The notes: generated by a model not told the origin, from the letters alone. DNA of 64,000 bases from Myxococcales bacterium (GCA_037445065.1 JBBILD010000005.1:96001-160000); one strand, 5' to 3'. Counted from the stretch's first letter, positions 8,462-18,154 are shown. Made by a program: numbers and translations.

Positions 8462-10243
8462 CTACTGCCCAGGCCCGCCGGCGGCGCCGCGGCTCAAGCT
8501 TACTCGAAACGCCTCCAACGCGGCCCGCAATTCGCCGACGCGCTCCGGTCGCTCGCGGGCTAGGTTCCGTCGTTCGAGCGGATCCTTCTCGAGGTCGTAA
8601 AGTTCTATCTCCTCGAGCCCGCGCGGGTTCCCGGGATTGGCCAAGATGAGCTTTTCGGCTCCGAGTCGCACCATGGCCAGTTGGTTTCCTTCGAGTTCCT
8701 CTTCCGCGAATACCATTCGCTCGGCTGGCGGCGCTTCCGCCAGTAAATTGAGCCCTGGCAACTCACGTGGCGGCTCGTATCCGAGAGCCCGCACTGCTGT
8801 GGGGAAAATGTCAATGGTCAGGGCCAGATCAGAGCGGAACCCCGGAGACAAAGCAGGCCCGCGCCAAATCAAAGGCACGTGAATTTGCTCTTCATACAGC
8901 GTCGTGCCATGCCACCATCCCCCGTGCTCGAAAAACTCCTCGCCGTGATCGGCGGTGAAGACAAACCACGTGTTGTCCAAGAGCCCGTGTGAGCGGAACT
9001 GGTCCAACAGCGCCCCAAAATGCTCGTCGAAGTAACGCACATCTTGCGCATACAACCGCCGCATTTCCTCTGCTTGATCCGCGTGCGGCCGTGGATTCGC
9101 AACCCGGGCGATTCCTCTCCCATTGTAGGGAATCTCGAAGTACGGATCGTGCGGGTCCATGTAGTGGACCAGCAAAAAGAACGGCTGGGGTGGTTTCGCG
9201 GACAGCCACCGGCTCACGGCCGCGGTGACCACCTCCGCGTCCTGGTAATAATGTCGAAAATAAATCCGATGTTTCCAGAATCGCTCGCGCAGTAAGCGCA
9301 AGATCTTGTACGACGCCAGACGGGTCGCCGAGTCGCTCGCTCCAAAGTAAAAGGAGGGAGCCAAGTAGTGATACTCGCCGAAGCCCTGGTCGAAGTTAAA
9401 AATGGGCGCCACGTTGATGTTGGTGACGAACGCTGCGGTCCAGTAACCGCGCCGCTGCAGAAACTCAGCAAGCGTATCCACCTGTTCGGGCAAAGGGTCC
9501 AACTTCCGTACCGCCCCATGCTCGCGCGGATACAGACCGGTCAAAATGGTCGCGATCGAGGGGCGGGTCCAGGACGATTGCGCGTAGGCGCGGCGAAAGA
9601 CCACACCTTCGCGCGCAAAGACATCGATGCGAGGGCTCGATTCAGCCGGCGCCCCATAAATCCCGAGCGCATCGGCACGCAACGTGTCGGCAACCACGAG
9701 AACCAGGTTCGGTCTTCCCGGCTCCGCCGTCGCCACCCGTGCCGGAACCGCAGCTAGGGGAGCGCGCACGCGTACACCGAACTCCACGACTGCCGCGCAA
9801 GCCACCCAAGCGACCGCCAGAACCAACAGCCGGCTTGCCCTCCCCCGCAACAACCGGCGTAATAGAAGCGCAAAGCACATCGCCAGGAGGAACGCGCCAA
9901 CCAACAGGCCTGCGTGAATTCCAAGACCGACCCCAGTCCATAACGGGAGCTGTTCTCCGAAGACTCGCTGCGCGAGATAATACCGCCCTACCAAAAAAAC
10001 GAGCAGTACCGCGGCCACTTGAGCCCCGAGCGCGGCCGCGTTTGCTGGCATCCGCCGCCAGATCCACGGCAGTCCCAAAAGGGACAACGCGGCACCGAGA
10101 CCACCGTAGCTCAAAAACGCAAAGCTCCAGATGCCGTACTCTTCCGGAGCAGCGGAGGTCGCTAACACGAGCCCGGCCTCGGCGAGTCCCACCAAGCTCC
10201 CGGCCCACAACCCTCCGAGAAGCAACGCGAAAAAACGAGTCAC
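8462..10243 (-). CDS. Membrane-anchored sulfatase-like hydrolase/transferase
   Basis: About five N-terminal TM helices then 'DTLRAD', 'SSWTRPSIATILTG', 'HYMDPHDPY', 'TADHGEEF'; GTG at 10243 after GGAGG. Confidence 0.8.
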   Translation of the reverse strand: MTRFFALLLGGLWAGSLVGLAEAGLVLATSAAPEEYGIWSFAFLSYGGLGAALSLLGLPWIWRRMPANAAALGAQVAAVLLVFLVGRYYLAQRVFGEQLPLWTGVGLGIHAGLLVGAFLLAMCFALLLRRLLRGRASRLLVLAVAWVACAAVVEFGVRVRAPLAAVPARVATAEPGRPNLVLVVADTLRADALGIYGAPAESSPRIDVFAREGVVFRRAYAQSSWTRPSIATILTGLYPREHGAVRKLDPLPEQVDTLAEFLQRRGYWTAAFVTNINVAPIFNFDQGFGEYHYLAPSFYFGASDSATRLASYKILRLLRERFWKHRIYFRHYYQDAEVVTAAVSRWLSAKPPQPFFLLVHYMDPHDPYFEIPYNGRGIARVANPRPHADQAEEMRRLYAQDVRYFDEHFGALLDQFRSHGLLDNTWFVFTADHGEEFFEHGGWWHGTTLYEEQIHVPLIWRGPALSPGFRSDLALTIDIFPTAVRALGYEPPRELPGLNLLAEAPPAERMVFAEEELEGNQLAMVRLGAEKLILANPGNPRGLEEIELYDLEKDPLERRNLARERPERVGELRAALEAFRVSLSRGAAGGPGQ

Positions 10244-10355
10244 AACGCCGGCGCCTCCACCTGCTCGCGCCGGCAACCTCCGATCGTGCGTTCACCCGGC
10301 GCCGCACACAACAGTGCCCCGCCTATCTGCGTCTCCCAATGCGAGGCCATCCCCT

Positions 10356-12347
10356 TCATTGACCCAACTGAACGATGCGAGCGTCCTCGCGTAAGAGTTT
10401 GCGCAGCGCTTGCCCGGTGCGGGCCGCTTCCTCCTGGGTATTGCCCGCATGCACCGTGACGCGCTGCACCTTCTTGTCGCTACCGAGGCTTGCGGTGCGG
10501 ACCCGAGCCTGAAAGCCACGCTGTCGGAGTGCCGCCGCGAGCTGATGTGCCCGCTGACCGTTCGGCGTTGAGAGAACCAGCAGCGCAAATCCATCTTCCG
10601 AGCGCAGGATCGGCAAGCCTTCCTTCAGATCTGGCAGGCGGAGCACTTGGCCCGGGCTGATCCAATCCACATCCACAATCTCCGGATTGGCGAGCTTGAT
10701 CAGATCCAGGACTGTGTAACTCGCCTGTCCGTACTTCGCGCGTGCAATCCCCGAAAGCGAATCGCCTTCTCGGATCACGAGACGCGTAAAACGCTCCCCG
10801 CCCCACACCCCTCCTGTTTCCTGTTCGCTCCCCACCACCCCGCCGGGTGCCGGACCCACCTCCGGCTGCGCAGCCCCAACCACCGGTGCCGACAACTGCT
10901 CGCGCGTGTGCTCGGCATCCTCCGCCCTGGCATCCGCCGTGCCCAGCGCTCGCTCCTCGAGCGCGCCGGCGGCTGCCGCAGATCTCTGCGCTTCCTTGCC
11001 AGCGTTGGACGGATTCTCAACCTGGGCCACCGCCAACGGGTTTTCTCGAGCTGCCGCGACGTTTTCGCGCGGCACGTTTACGCCGGCCACCTCAACGCCC
11101 AAGCTCGCCTCCACAGAATGGACCTCTTGCTGTTCCCCTGCGTGCTGTTCCCCAGCGCCGCTCTCGCGAGCTCCGCCGCTTGCGGCAGGCGGCACGTCCT
11201 CGAGCATCGCCAGGCGGGCCGGCTCAGCTCGGGGCGGGACAGCTCGTTCCACCGCTGTGCCGCCGGCCGGCACCTCCACAGGAGCCGGCACATCGCGCAC
11301 CGAGCCCGGCTTAATGACTTCACCCGGTGGGAGGGGCGAGTTCGGTGGCTCACTGAGCGGTTGATTTCCCGGCCGCAAAAGCGCAGCACCCAACCAAGTC
11401 CCTAGCGCAAGCGCGGTTACGATGCTCGCGCCCCACACCATGCGCCTCCACTTCCGTGGCTCAGCCGAGCCCTCGGCGACTTCCTCACCGCTTGCCGCAA
11501 CGGCCGGCGCTGCCGCCGATTGCTTCGATGCTTCCCCACCTTCCAGCGGCAACAAATCAGCCGCCGCTTCTTTGATGATGTCCGCGCCGATGCGGCGCTT
11601 CCCAAGAGCGTAGCCAATGACCAGGGCGTTGTCGCACACCACGTTGACCAGGCGCGGGATGCCGCGAGAGAAATGGTAGATCTGATCTTCGGCGTCCCGG
11701 GTAAAGAGTTTCAGGTCTGGAGCACCAGCGGCCTGCAAACGGAACTGAATGTATTCGCTCACCTCGTCCCGAGATAGCGGGAGCAAGCGGCAATTGATAC
11801 CGATGCGCTGACGCAGCTGTCTCAGTGCGGGGTTGCTGAGCTTCTGGCCCAATTCGGGCTGGCCAGAGAGAACGATCTGCAAAATTTTTTCTTTCGCCGT
11901 CTCGAGGTTCGATAGGAGGCGCAAATCCTCCAGGACGGAAATGTCCAGATCCTGAGCCTCGTCGATCAGAAGTGCCACGTTACGCCCGCGCGACAACTCC
12001 TCCAGCAAAAAGGCATTCAGGCGCTGCAGCATGTACAGCTTTTTGCCGCTGTGCACCGGCAGGTCGAACTCGGCGAAGATGTACTCGAGAATTTCCTCGA
12101 ACGTCACGTTCGTATTGAAGAGGAAGACCGTCCGCGTATTGGGGTCCAGGTCATCCAACAGGCGCTTCAGCAGAGTGGTTTTGCCGGTCCCAGCTTCGCC
12201 GATCAACGTGATAAAGCCCTTGCGCTGGGTGATGCCGTACTGCAGCGCGGCCACCGCCTCCCGATAACGCGCATTCAAATAAAGAAACTTCGGATCCGGA
12301 GTAACGTTAAATGGCCGCTCGCTCAGTTGATAAAATTCGCAGTACAT
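10356..12347 (-). CDS. ExeA/GspA-family AAA ATPase with TM helix, LysM and SPOR-like C-terminal domains
   Basis: 'MYCEFYQLSERPFNVTPDP', GEAGTGKT, 'LLIDEAQDL', 'RGIPRLVN'; 'IREGDSLSGIA...ANPEIVDVDWISPGQVLRLP' LysM. Confidence 0.85.
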   Translation of the reverse strand: MYCEFYQLSERPFNVTPDPKFLYLNARYREAVAALQYGITQRKGFITLIGEAGTGKTTLLKRLLDDLDPNTRTVFLFNTNVTFEEILEYIFAEFDLPVHSGKKLYMLQRLNAFLLEELSRGRNVALLIDEAQDLDISVLEDLRLLSNLETAKEKILQIVLSGQPELGQKLSNPALRQLRQRIGINCRLLPLSRDEVSEYIQFRLQAAGAPDLKLFTRDAEDQIYHFSRGIPRLVNVVCDNALVIGYALGKRRIGADIIKEAAADLLPLEGGEASKQSAAAPAVAASGEEVAEGSAEPRKWRRMVWGASIVTALALGTWLGAALLRPGNQPLSEPPNSPLPPGEVIKPGSVRDVPAPVEVPAGGTAVERAVPPRAEPARLAMLEDVPPAASGGARESGAGEQHAGEQQEVHSVEASLGVEVAGVNVPRENVAAARENPLAVAQVENPSNAGKEAQRSAAAAGALEERALGTADARAEDAEHTREQLSAPVVGAAQPEVGPAPGGVVGSEQETGGVWGGERFTRLVIREGDSLSGIARAKYGQASYTVLDLIKLANPEIVDVDWISPGQVLRLPDLKEGLPILRSEDGFALLVLSTPNGQRAHQLAAALRQRGFQARVRTASLGSDKKVQRVTVHAGNTQEEAARTGQALRKLLREDARIVQLGQ

Positions 12348-12398
12348 CGCTCGGCTTGCTCCTGTAGACCCTGTTGGTTTTTGGCCGAAGCTTCGCCT

Positions 12399-12435
12399 GA
12401 GCGCTCCAGGCTAAGCGATCTGGAGCGTTCGTCAA
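12399..12435 (-). promoter_or_regulatory. Putative sigma-70 promoter with overlapping inverted repeat upstream of the exeA-like gene
   Basis: Minus strand TTGACG-N16-TAGCCT; CGCTCCAG-N10-CTGGAGCG at 12402-12427 (operator or hairpin). Confidence 0.45.
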
Positions 12436-12454
12436 GGTACGGCGCCGCCCCGTT

Positions 12455-13894
12455 TCACTTTTTCTCCCGGCCGCCCAGCCGAAAGGGCGCAGCCTCGATC
12501 CCGTGCGCGCGCAGCTTGCGGTGTAGCGTGGCCTGATCCACCCCTGCAAAACGCGCGGCTTGTACAATGTTGCCCTGGAATTGGCCGAGAACTGCCAGCA
12601 GATACTCTTTCTCCGCCTGTCGCAAATGCTCGCGCAGGGGCCCGTACGCCGCCCCGGACAGCGACACCTTACGAAGACCCGCTGACACACGGACACCAAC
12701 CTCGACTCGCTCGATCCTGCCCCCGCTCGCGATCAACACCGCCCGCTCGAGCACGTTCCACAACTCCCGCACATTGCCTGGCCAATCGTGCTGAAGCAAC
12801 TGCTGCATGGCCGACTCGGAAACGCTGGTCACCCCTTTCTCGCGCGCCAGTGGGTGGTTCTGCAGAAACTCGCTGACCAGCAAGGGAATGTCTTCACGCC
12901 GGTCGCGCAGCGGCGGCAGGTGCACCGGCACGACATGGATTCGATAATAGAAGTCTTGGCGCATCCGCCCCTCTGCAACCGCTTTGCCCAGATCTTCGTT
13001 GCTCGCAGCGACAACTCGCATGTCCACTGCGATACGCCGATTGCCTCCCAGCCGCTCGACCGTGCGTTCTTCCAGCACGCGCAGGAGCTTCGCTTGCATG
13101 GCCAAGGGAATGCTCTCCACCTCGTCAAGAAAAAGCGTGCCGCCGTTGGCCAGCTCGATTTTGCCAACCCGGTCCGCCGTGGCTCCGGTAAACGCCCCTT
13201 TTTCATACCCGAAGAGTTCGCTCTCGAGCAGGTTCTCCGGGATCGCCGCACAATTGATCGCCACAAACGGACCCTCTTTGCGGCGCCCCTGAAAATGCAG
13301 TGCGCGTGCCACCAATTCCTTCCCGGTGCCTGACTCACCGATCACCACAACGGTGGAGTCCGTTTCGGCCAGAGCCGCTACCAGGGCAAACACCTCCCGC
13401 ATCAAGGGATTCCGGCTCACCATGTTCGCGAACCGGGTCCGCTCACTGAGCCGATCGCGCAAGTACTGGATCTCGTCTATGAGCCGGCGCCGCTCCAACA
13501 CTCGCTGCGTGGCCAGCAAGATTTCCTCGCTCTCGAAGGGCTTGGTAATGTAGTCGGCAGCACCCTGCCTCATGGCCTCCACCGCCCCCCGGATGCTGCC
13601 ATGGCCAGTGACCATGATCACATCGATCGCTGGCCACCGCACACGGATTTCGTGCAGCAAGCTCGCCCCATCGCGGCCAGGCATCAGTAAATCGAGCAGC
13701 ACTAACGAGTAGGCACGCTGCGTCAGCGCGCTCAGCGCCTCTTCGGCATCCACCGCGGCGTCTACTGAGAACCCGTGAGCGGCATACAGCCGCGCCAATT
13801 GATGGCGAATCAGCGGGTCGTCGTCTACGACGAGCACCCGGACCGGCACACTCGGGGACTGCCTCAGCTCTGAATTGGAAGTTGAATGCGCCAC
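12455..13894 (-). CDS. Sigma-54-dependent response regulator (NtrC family: REC-AAA+-Fis HTH)
   Basis: REC DD/D/T/K intact; GESGTGKE, GAFTGA, 'LFLDEVE', 'WPGNVREL'; start uncertain (GTG 13894 or 13849). Confidence 0.92.
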   Translation of the reverse strand: MAHSTSNSELRQSPSVPVRVLVVDDDPLIRHQLARLYAAHGFSVDAAVDAEEALSALTQRAYSLVLLDLLMPGRDGASLLHEIRVRWPAIDVIMVTGHGSIRGAVEAMRQGAADYITKPFESEEILLATQRVLERRRLIDEIQYLRDRLSERTRFANMVSRNPLMREVFALVAALAETDSTVVVIGESGTGKELVARALHFQGRRKEGPFVAINCAAIPENLLESELFGYEKGAFTGATADRVGKIELANGGTLFLDEVESIPLAMQAKLLRVLEERTVERLGGNRRIAVDMRVVAASNEDLGKAVAEGRMRQDFYYRIHVVPVHLPPLRDRREDIPLLVSEFLQNHPLAREKGVTSVSESAMQQLLQHDWPGNVRELWNVLERAVLIASGGRIERVEVGVRVSAGLRKVSLSGAAYGPLREHLRQAEKEYLLAVLGQFQGNIVQAARFAGVDQATLHRKLRAHGIEAAPFRLGGREKK

Positions 13895-14520
13895 ATCCGA
13901 TCCCTTCCCTGCGCGTGATCGCGAGTCAATTGCCCTCCTTGTCCCAGCAACGCCTTGCTGGCAACCGCCCACCATAGTTCCCATTCGGACAAGTGCGGTA
14001 CCCGCCAACAATCTGGGAGCGCCAGGGCGAGCCACAAGTGTCGCTGGTCCGCTGTGGCCTCCAGTGCGAGTTCCACGAGGCCCCCCAACGGAGTCGAGGA
14101 TTGATGAGTCAGCAACAAAACCCGGCACAACGCGCGCCAGGCAACGGAGAGGCGTTGGGGGTCTACTGTCACCGTCACCTCGGGGCAGCTCCGTGGGCGG
14201 CGACAATCCACGTTTGCCGGCAACGATCCGCGCAAGGCGGCGATGAAGCTTTGCAACACCTCCAGTGCCGCATAGGGCTCGCTATGGCCCTCGGGTAGGT
14301 CCCAGAAGTCGAACAAGGCACGCAGCGTGTCTTCCAACCGTGTCAGGGTTTCTGCGAGCTGTTGCCCACTCGTGGGTGCGCTGCGCTGGGCTTCCTCGGC
14401 TAAGGCGCGTAGTCGCTGCAACAAGTTACCGACCAGGTGCGAGGCACTGTCCGTCACCGTGCGGGCAAGGGCCGCGACTTCCGCCTCTACGGGGCCAGGC
14501 CGCTGCAAGGTTGGCGACAT
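13864..14520 (-). CDS. Degenerate histidine-kinase-like protein (His-box plus eroded HATPase), possible phosphotransferase
   Basis: 218 aa from ATG 14520 after GAGGAGG; 'SHLVGNLL' H-box-like, 'VDPQRL', 'LLGQGGQL', 'WRIQLP' match the HK skeleton; N/G1/G2 boxes absent. Confidence 0.6.
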   Translation of the reverse strand: MSPTLQRPGPVEAEVAALARTVTDSASHLVGNLLQRLRALAEEAQRSAPTSGQQLAETLTRLEDTLRALFDFWDLPEGHSEPYAALEVLQSFIAALRGSLPANVDCRRPRSCPEVTVTVDPQRLSVAWRALCRVLLLTHQSSTPLGGLVELALEATADQRHLWLALALPDCWRVPHLSEWELWWAVASKALLGQGGQLTRDHAQGRDRMWRIQLPIQS

Positions 14521-14673
14521 ACGTTCCGCTTCCCTCCTCTTGAACCCCTTTTGTCCTTCCCCCAACACGGTTTCAACCGTGGAGCCGCCCGCCTCGCTGC
14601 CACCTGGAAATGATCGGGCTAGACGCATAGCGCGACCGGGCCAGGACTCTGGTGGCTTTTCTCCCCGCGCGGG

Positions 14674-14703
14674 TTGACTTCGCATTTCGGGTCGGGGTAC
14701 GCT
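14674..14703 (+). promoter_or_regulatory. Putative sigma-70 promoter
   Basis: TTGACT-N18-TACGCT, then AAGGAGAGG SD before GTG 14768. Confidence 0.45.
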
Positions 14704-14767
14704 CGGCGGCCAGGCTGTTAGGCTAGATTGGGGTGAGGCGAGGTGAGCTGCGGTAAGGAGAGGATGA

Positions 14768-16546
14768 GTGGAACGCCTGCGGGTGGCTGTGGTTGACCGC
14801 TCACCGACTGTCCGGGAAACCGTCGCGATTATTCTGCCCGAGTACGAAGTCCTGCCCTGGGCTCCCGAGCAATTTGCGGAGATCCAAGGGACGTGCGGTG
14901 TGGACTTGGTCGTCGCCGAGCAAGGGGCAATTGACGATGCGACGGTCGCTCTCAAAGCGCCCGGGGTTCCGGTGGTGTGGCTGCGCCCCGACCCCCGCCA
15001 AAGCGGCGGCTCTTCTCTAGCCGTTGGGCGCTCTTTCACTGCAGCCGAGCTGCGGCAAAAGATTCAGGCCGCTTTGGCGTTACGGCCAGCCGAACCGGGT
15101 AGTCTCGCGGTTTACGGTTTTCCGCCGCCGTTGCTACCAGCAGCGCTCGTTCCCCTGTTCGTATCGGCAGCGCGGAGTTCGTTGCCGGTTTGGATCAGTG
15201 GCGAGTTCGGAACGGGCCGCGCTCGGCTTGCGCGAGCCCTTCACGCCAGCAGTGGCAGCCAGCACTTTTTGGCCGTCCCAGGCAATCAATGCGGGCCCGA
15301 ACTCGAAGCTCAGTTCCCGCCCCAAGCGGCGGGCACGGTGACACTGTATATCGAGGACGTGGAAGACCTCCCCCCTCGTGCCCAAGCCTGGCTCCTCGAC
15401 ATCCTCGAGGCTGGGCGTCAGTCACGAGACCGACGCGGGATGCGGGTGCGGGTACTGTGCAGCACAACGCTGAGTCGCGACGAGATCGAGGCCCGGCAGA
15501 TGCTCCGTGGCGAGCTGCTTTACGCTCTCACGGCGTTCCTGTTCCCGTTACCGCCCTTGCGAGAGCGCCGGGCTGAGATCCCCGAAATCGTACGCTTTGT
15601 CGCACGCCGTTTGTCAGAGGAAGCCTCGCTCCCGCCGGGCACGTTTACACCTTCCGCCTTCGAGCGGCTACAAAATTACCTATGGTTCGGGAACCTCACG
15701 GAGCTGGAAGCCGTTTTAGCCCGAACCCTGGCGCGGGTGCCACACCGGCCGATTGATGCTGCCGATCTCTGCTTTGGCTACGAGCCCATACCTGCGACCA
15801 GCGCCGCGACCAGCGAAAGCCGTTCCTCCGGCCCTCGGCTGAGCCCAGAACCGAGTCACCAAATCGAAGTTCTCGTAAATGAACTCGCCCATGAAATCCG
15901 CAACCCGCTGGTGGTCATTAAGACGATTAGCCAACACCTCGAACGCCTACTCGAAAGCGCTTCGGGTCGCGAAGAGGTGGCTCAGCTCGCCGGAGAGGCG
16001 GTGGAAAAGCTGGACGCCTTGTTCGAAACGCTGCTCCGCTATGCCCGTTTCCGGGAACCCAACCGAGAGCCAACCAGCGTGAACGCCATTGTCGCTCAGA
16101 CGCTCGGGGAGCTCGCTCCGCTGCTCTCCGAGCGACGGATCCTAGTTCATTACCGACCACCGAATCCTCAGCCCATTGTGGCGGACCGCGAACAGTTGGC
16201 CTTTGCCTTACAAAGTTTGCTGCAGGCCATCGTGCGGGACGTGGAAGAAGGTACCACGATCACGATCGAGCCGGGACCGGATCCTCATTCTCTCCAACTC
16301 CAGTTTCCGCCGGTACGAGGAGGCGTGACACAACGACTGAGTACCTTCGTGGACAGCGCGGGCAACACAGAACGCGCCGAGCCGCTCGGGCTCTTGATTG
16401 CACGCTCGTTGCTCCAGCGAAATGGCGGCTCAGTACTGATCCGCGACTCCCCGGATCAGGAGGTCACCACGATGCTCCTCCGCTTTCCGGCCAATGCAGG
16501 GGCAAAGACGGGTTATGGCGAAACACCGAGTTTTGATCGTAGATGA
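14768..16546 (+). CDS. Fusion of pseudo-receiver, degenerate sigma-54 AAA+ domain, HisKA and degenerate HATPase
   Basis: 'GEFGTGRARLA', 'LYIEDVE', 'LPPLRERRAEIP', 'WFGNLTEL', then 'LAHEIRNPL' and 'PLGLLIARSLLQRNGG'. Confidence 0.8.
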   Translation: MERLRVAVVDRSPTVRETVAIILPEYEVLPWAPEQFAEIQGTCGVDLVVAEQGAIDDATVALKAPGVPVVWLRPDPRQSGGSSLAVGRSFTAAELRQKIQAALALRPAEPGSLAVYGFPPPLLPAALVPLFVSAARSSLPVWISGEFGTGRARLARALHASSGSQHFLAVPGNQCGPELEAQFPPQAAGTVTLYIEDVEDLPPRAQAWLLDILEAGRQSRDRRGMRVRVLCSTTLSRDEIEARQMLRGELLYALTAFLFPLPPLRERRAEIPEIVRFVARRLSEEASLPPGTFTPSAFERLQNYLWFGNLTELEAVLARTLARVPHRPIDAADLCFGYEPIPATSAATSESRSSGPRLSPEPSHQIEVLVNELAHEIRNPLVVIKTISQHLERLLESASGREEVAQLAGEAVEKLDALFETLLRYARFREPNREPTSVNAIVAQTLGELAPLLSERRILVHYRPPNPQPIVADREQLAFALQSLLQAIVRDVEEGTTITIEPGPDPHSLQLQFPPVRGGVTQRLSTFVDSAGNTERAEPLGLLIARSLLQRNGGSVLIRDSPDQEVTTMLLRFPANAGAKTGYGETPSFDRR

Positions 16547-17903
16547 CGAGTCGGGTGTGCGTCACTCCCTCACCTTGGTCCTCAAGGACCAATATGAGGT
16601 ACTCAGTGTCGCCACAGGCCAAGAAGCGCTCGAGCTTCTCGACCGCAGTGCGTTCGACGTGGTCCTACTCGATATCCTTCTGCCAGGCATCGACGGGCTA
16701 GAGGTGCTCGAGAAGATCAAGGAGCGCCCCGTTGCGCCGCAAGTCATCATGCTCACCGCCACCAAGACGGTAAAGACTGCAGTTCGGGCGATGAAGCTCG
16801 GCGCCTTCGACTACGTGACCAAGCCGTTCGACGTGGAAGAGTTACTGATCTTGATTGAGCGGGCTGTGCAATCCTCCGCGCTGGCCCGCGAAGTGGAGGC
16901 GCTGCGCAGCGAAGTCGGCCTGCGGTACAGTTTCGAGAACATCGTCGGGCGCTCGCAAAAGATGCAACAGGTGCTGCGCACCGTGTCCTTGGTCGCACCA
17001 CTGAAAACCACCGTACTGATCACAGGAGAAAGCGGCACGGGGAAGGAACTCATCGCCAAGGCGCTCCACTACCACAGCCCGCGAGCAAACCGCCCGTTGA
17101 TCACCCTCAACTGCGCGGCAATTCCGGAGAACTTGCTCGAGAGCGAACTCTTCGGCCACGAGCGGGGGGCGTTCACCGATGCTCATTCGCGGAAACTCGG
17201 GCAGTTCGAGCTGGCCGATCAGGGCACGATTTTCCTGGACGAAATTGGGGAAATGCAGCCGGCTACCCAAGCCAAGATTCTGCGCGTCCTCGAACAAGGC
17301 GAGTTCTTGCGCGTGGGCGGCACGCAACCGGTCCGGGTGGACGTGCGGGTGATCGCAGCCACCAACCGAGACCTGAGCGAGGGGATCCGGGAGGGCCGCT
17401 TCCGTTCCGACCTTTATTATCGGCTCAACGTGGTTTCGATTCATTTGCCACCGCTGCGCGAACGCAGGGAGGACATCGTTCCCCTCATCCGTCATTTCCT
17501 CGCCCGTAAAGCGCACGAACTGGGGGTACCGCTGAAATCATTCACAAGAGAAGCGATGGATTTGCTGCTCGCATACTCTTGGCCCGGAAATGTTCGGGAA
17601 CTCGAGAACGTTGTAGAACGTGCATTGGTATTGTCCACGCAACCCGAGCTGGGCCCTGCCGATTTGCCCGAGTACATCGCTCGCCAGGAAGCATTTGCCC
17701 ACCCTGTACAGCAAAGCGTCCTGCGCGGTGAGACAAGCCTCAGCGAGGCAGTCGACCAGTTCGAACAAGAACTCATTCGCCGCGCCCTCGAACAGGCTGG
17801 GTACAACCAAACCCGTGCCGCTCAAATCCTCGGCACCACCCGACGCATCCTGAAGTATAAAATGGATAAGCTCGGCATCCGGGCAGCCGAAGAAAACGCT
17901 TGA
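16515..17903 (+). CDS. Sigma-54-dependent response regulator (NtrC/AtoC family)
   Basis: Intact REC, GESGTGKE, GAFTDA loop, 'IFLDEIGE', 'DLYYRL', 'WPGNVREL', Fis HTH. Confidence 0.93.
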   Translation: MAKHRVLIVDDESGVRHSLTLVLKDQYEVLSVATGQEALELLDRSAFDVVLLDILLPGIDGLEVLEKIKERPVAPQVIMLTATKTVKTAVRAMKLGAFDYVTKPFDVEELLILIERAVQSSALAREVEALRSEVGLRYSFENIVGRSQKMQQVLRTVSLVAPLKTTVLITGESGTGKELIAKALHYHSPRANRPLITLNCAAIPENLLESELFGHERGAFTDAHSRKLGQFELADQGTIFLDEIGEMQPATQAKILRVLEQGEFLRVGGTQPVRVDVRVIAATNRDLSEGIREGRFRSDLYYRLNVVSIHLPPLRERREDIVPLIRHFLARKAHELGVPLKSFTREAMDLLLAYSWPGNVRELENVVERALVLSTQPELGPADLPEYIARQEAFAHPVQQSVLRGETSLSEAVDQFEQELIRRALEQAGYNQTRAAQILGTTRRILKYKMDKLGIRAAEENA

Positions 17904-18154
17904 GCTTCTTTCTCACTCGCCGCGCATCCCTCGGTCCTCTCCCGCAACAATCGTAACGTAGGCCGTCGCGTCCGCGCCCCTGTCCCAAAAGCGGCATCCA
18001 AGCGACGGCAGCTTCGTACAATTGCGTCGTAGTTGTACAATTTCGAACAGGACCCGACTGGAAGAAGCGTCACAAGCATGGCGCAACAGGAGACTCCGTT
18101 AGATTTTTGCAGTGTTTTCGGCACTGGTGGTGTTCAAAAACTTGACGCCCCCCA

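Noticed and set aside
10297..10322. Sigma-54-like GGCAC...TGC on the minus strand upstream of the sulfatase-like gene, and a similar site near 14630-14645
   Set aside because: GG-to-GC spacing is off by one base, and sigma-54 spacing is strict
13895..15039. N-terminal extensions of ORF-track calls 12455..14206 and 13864..15039
   Set aside because: They overlap other credible genes and the divergent promoter; SD and domain evidence favour later starts
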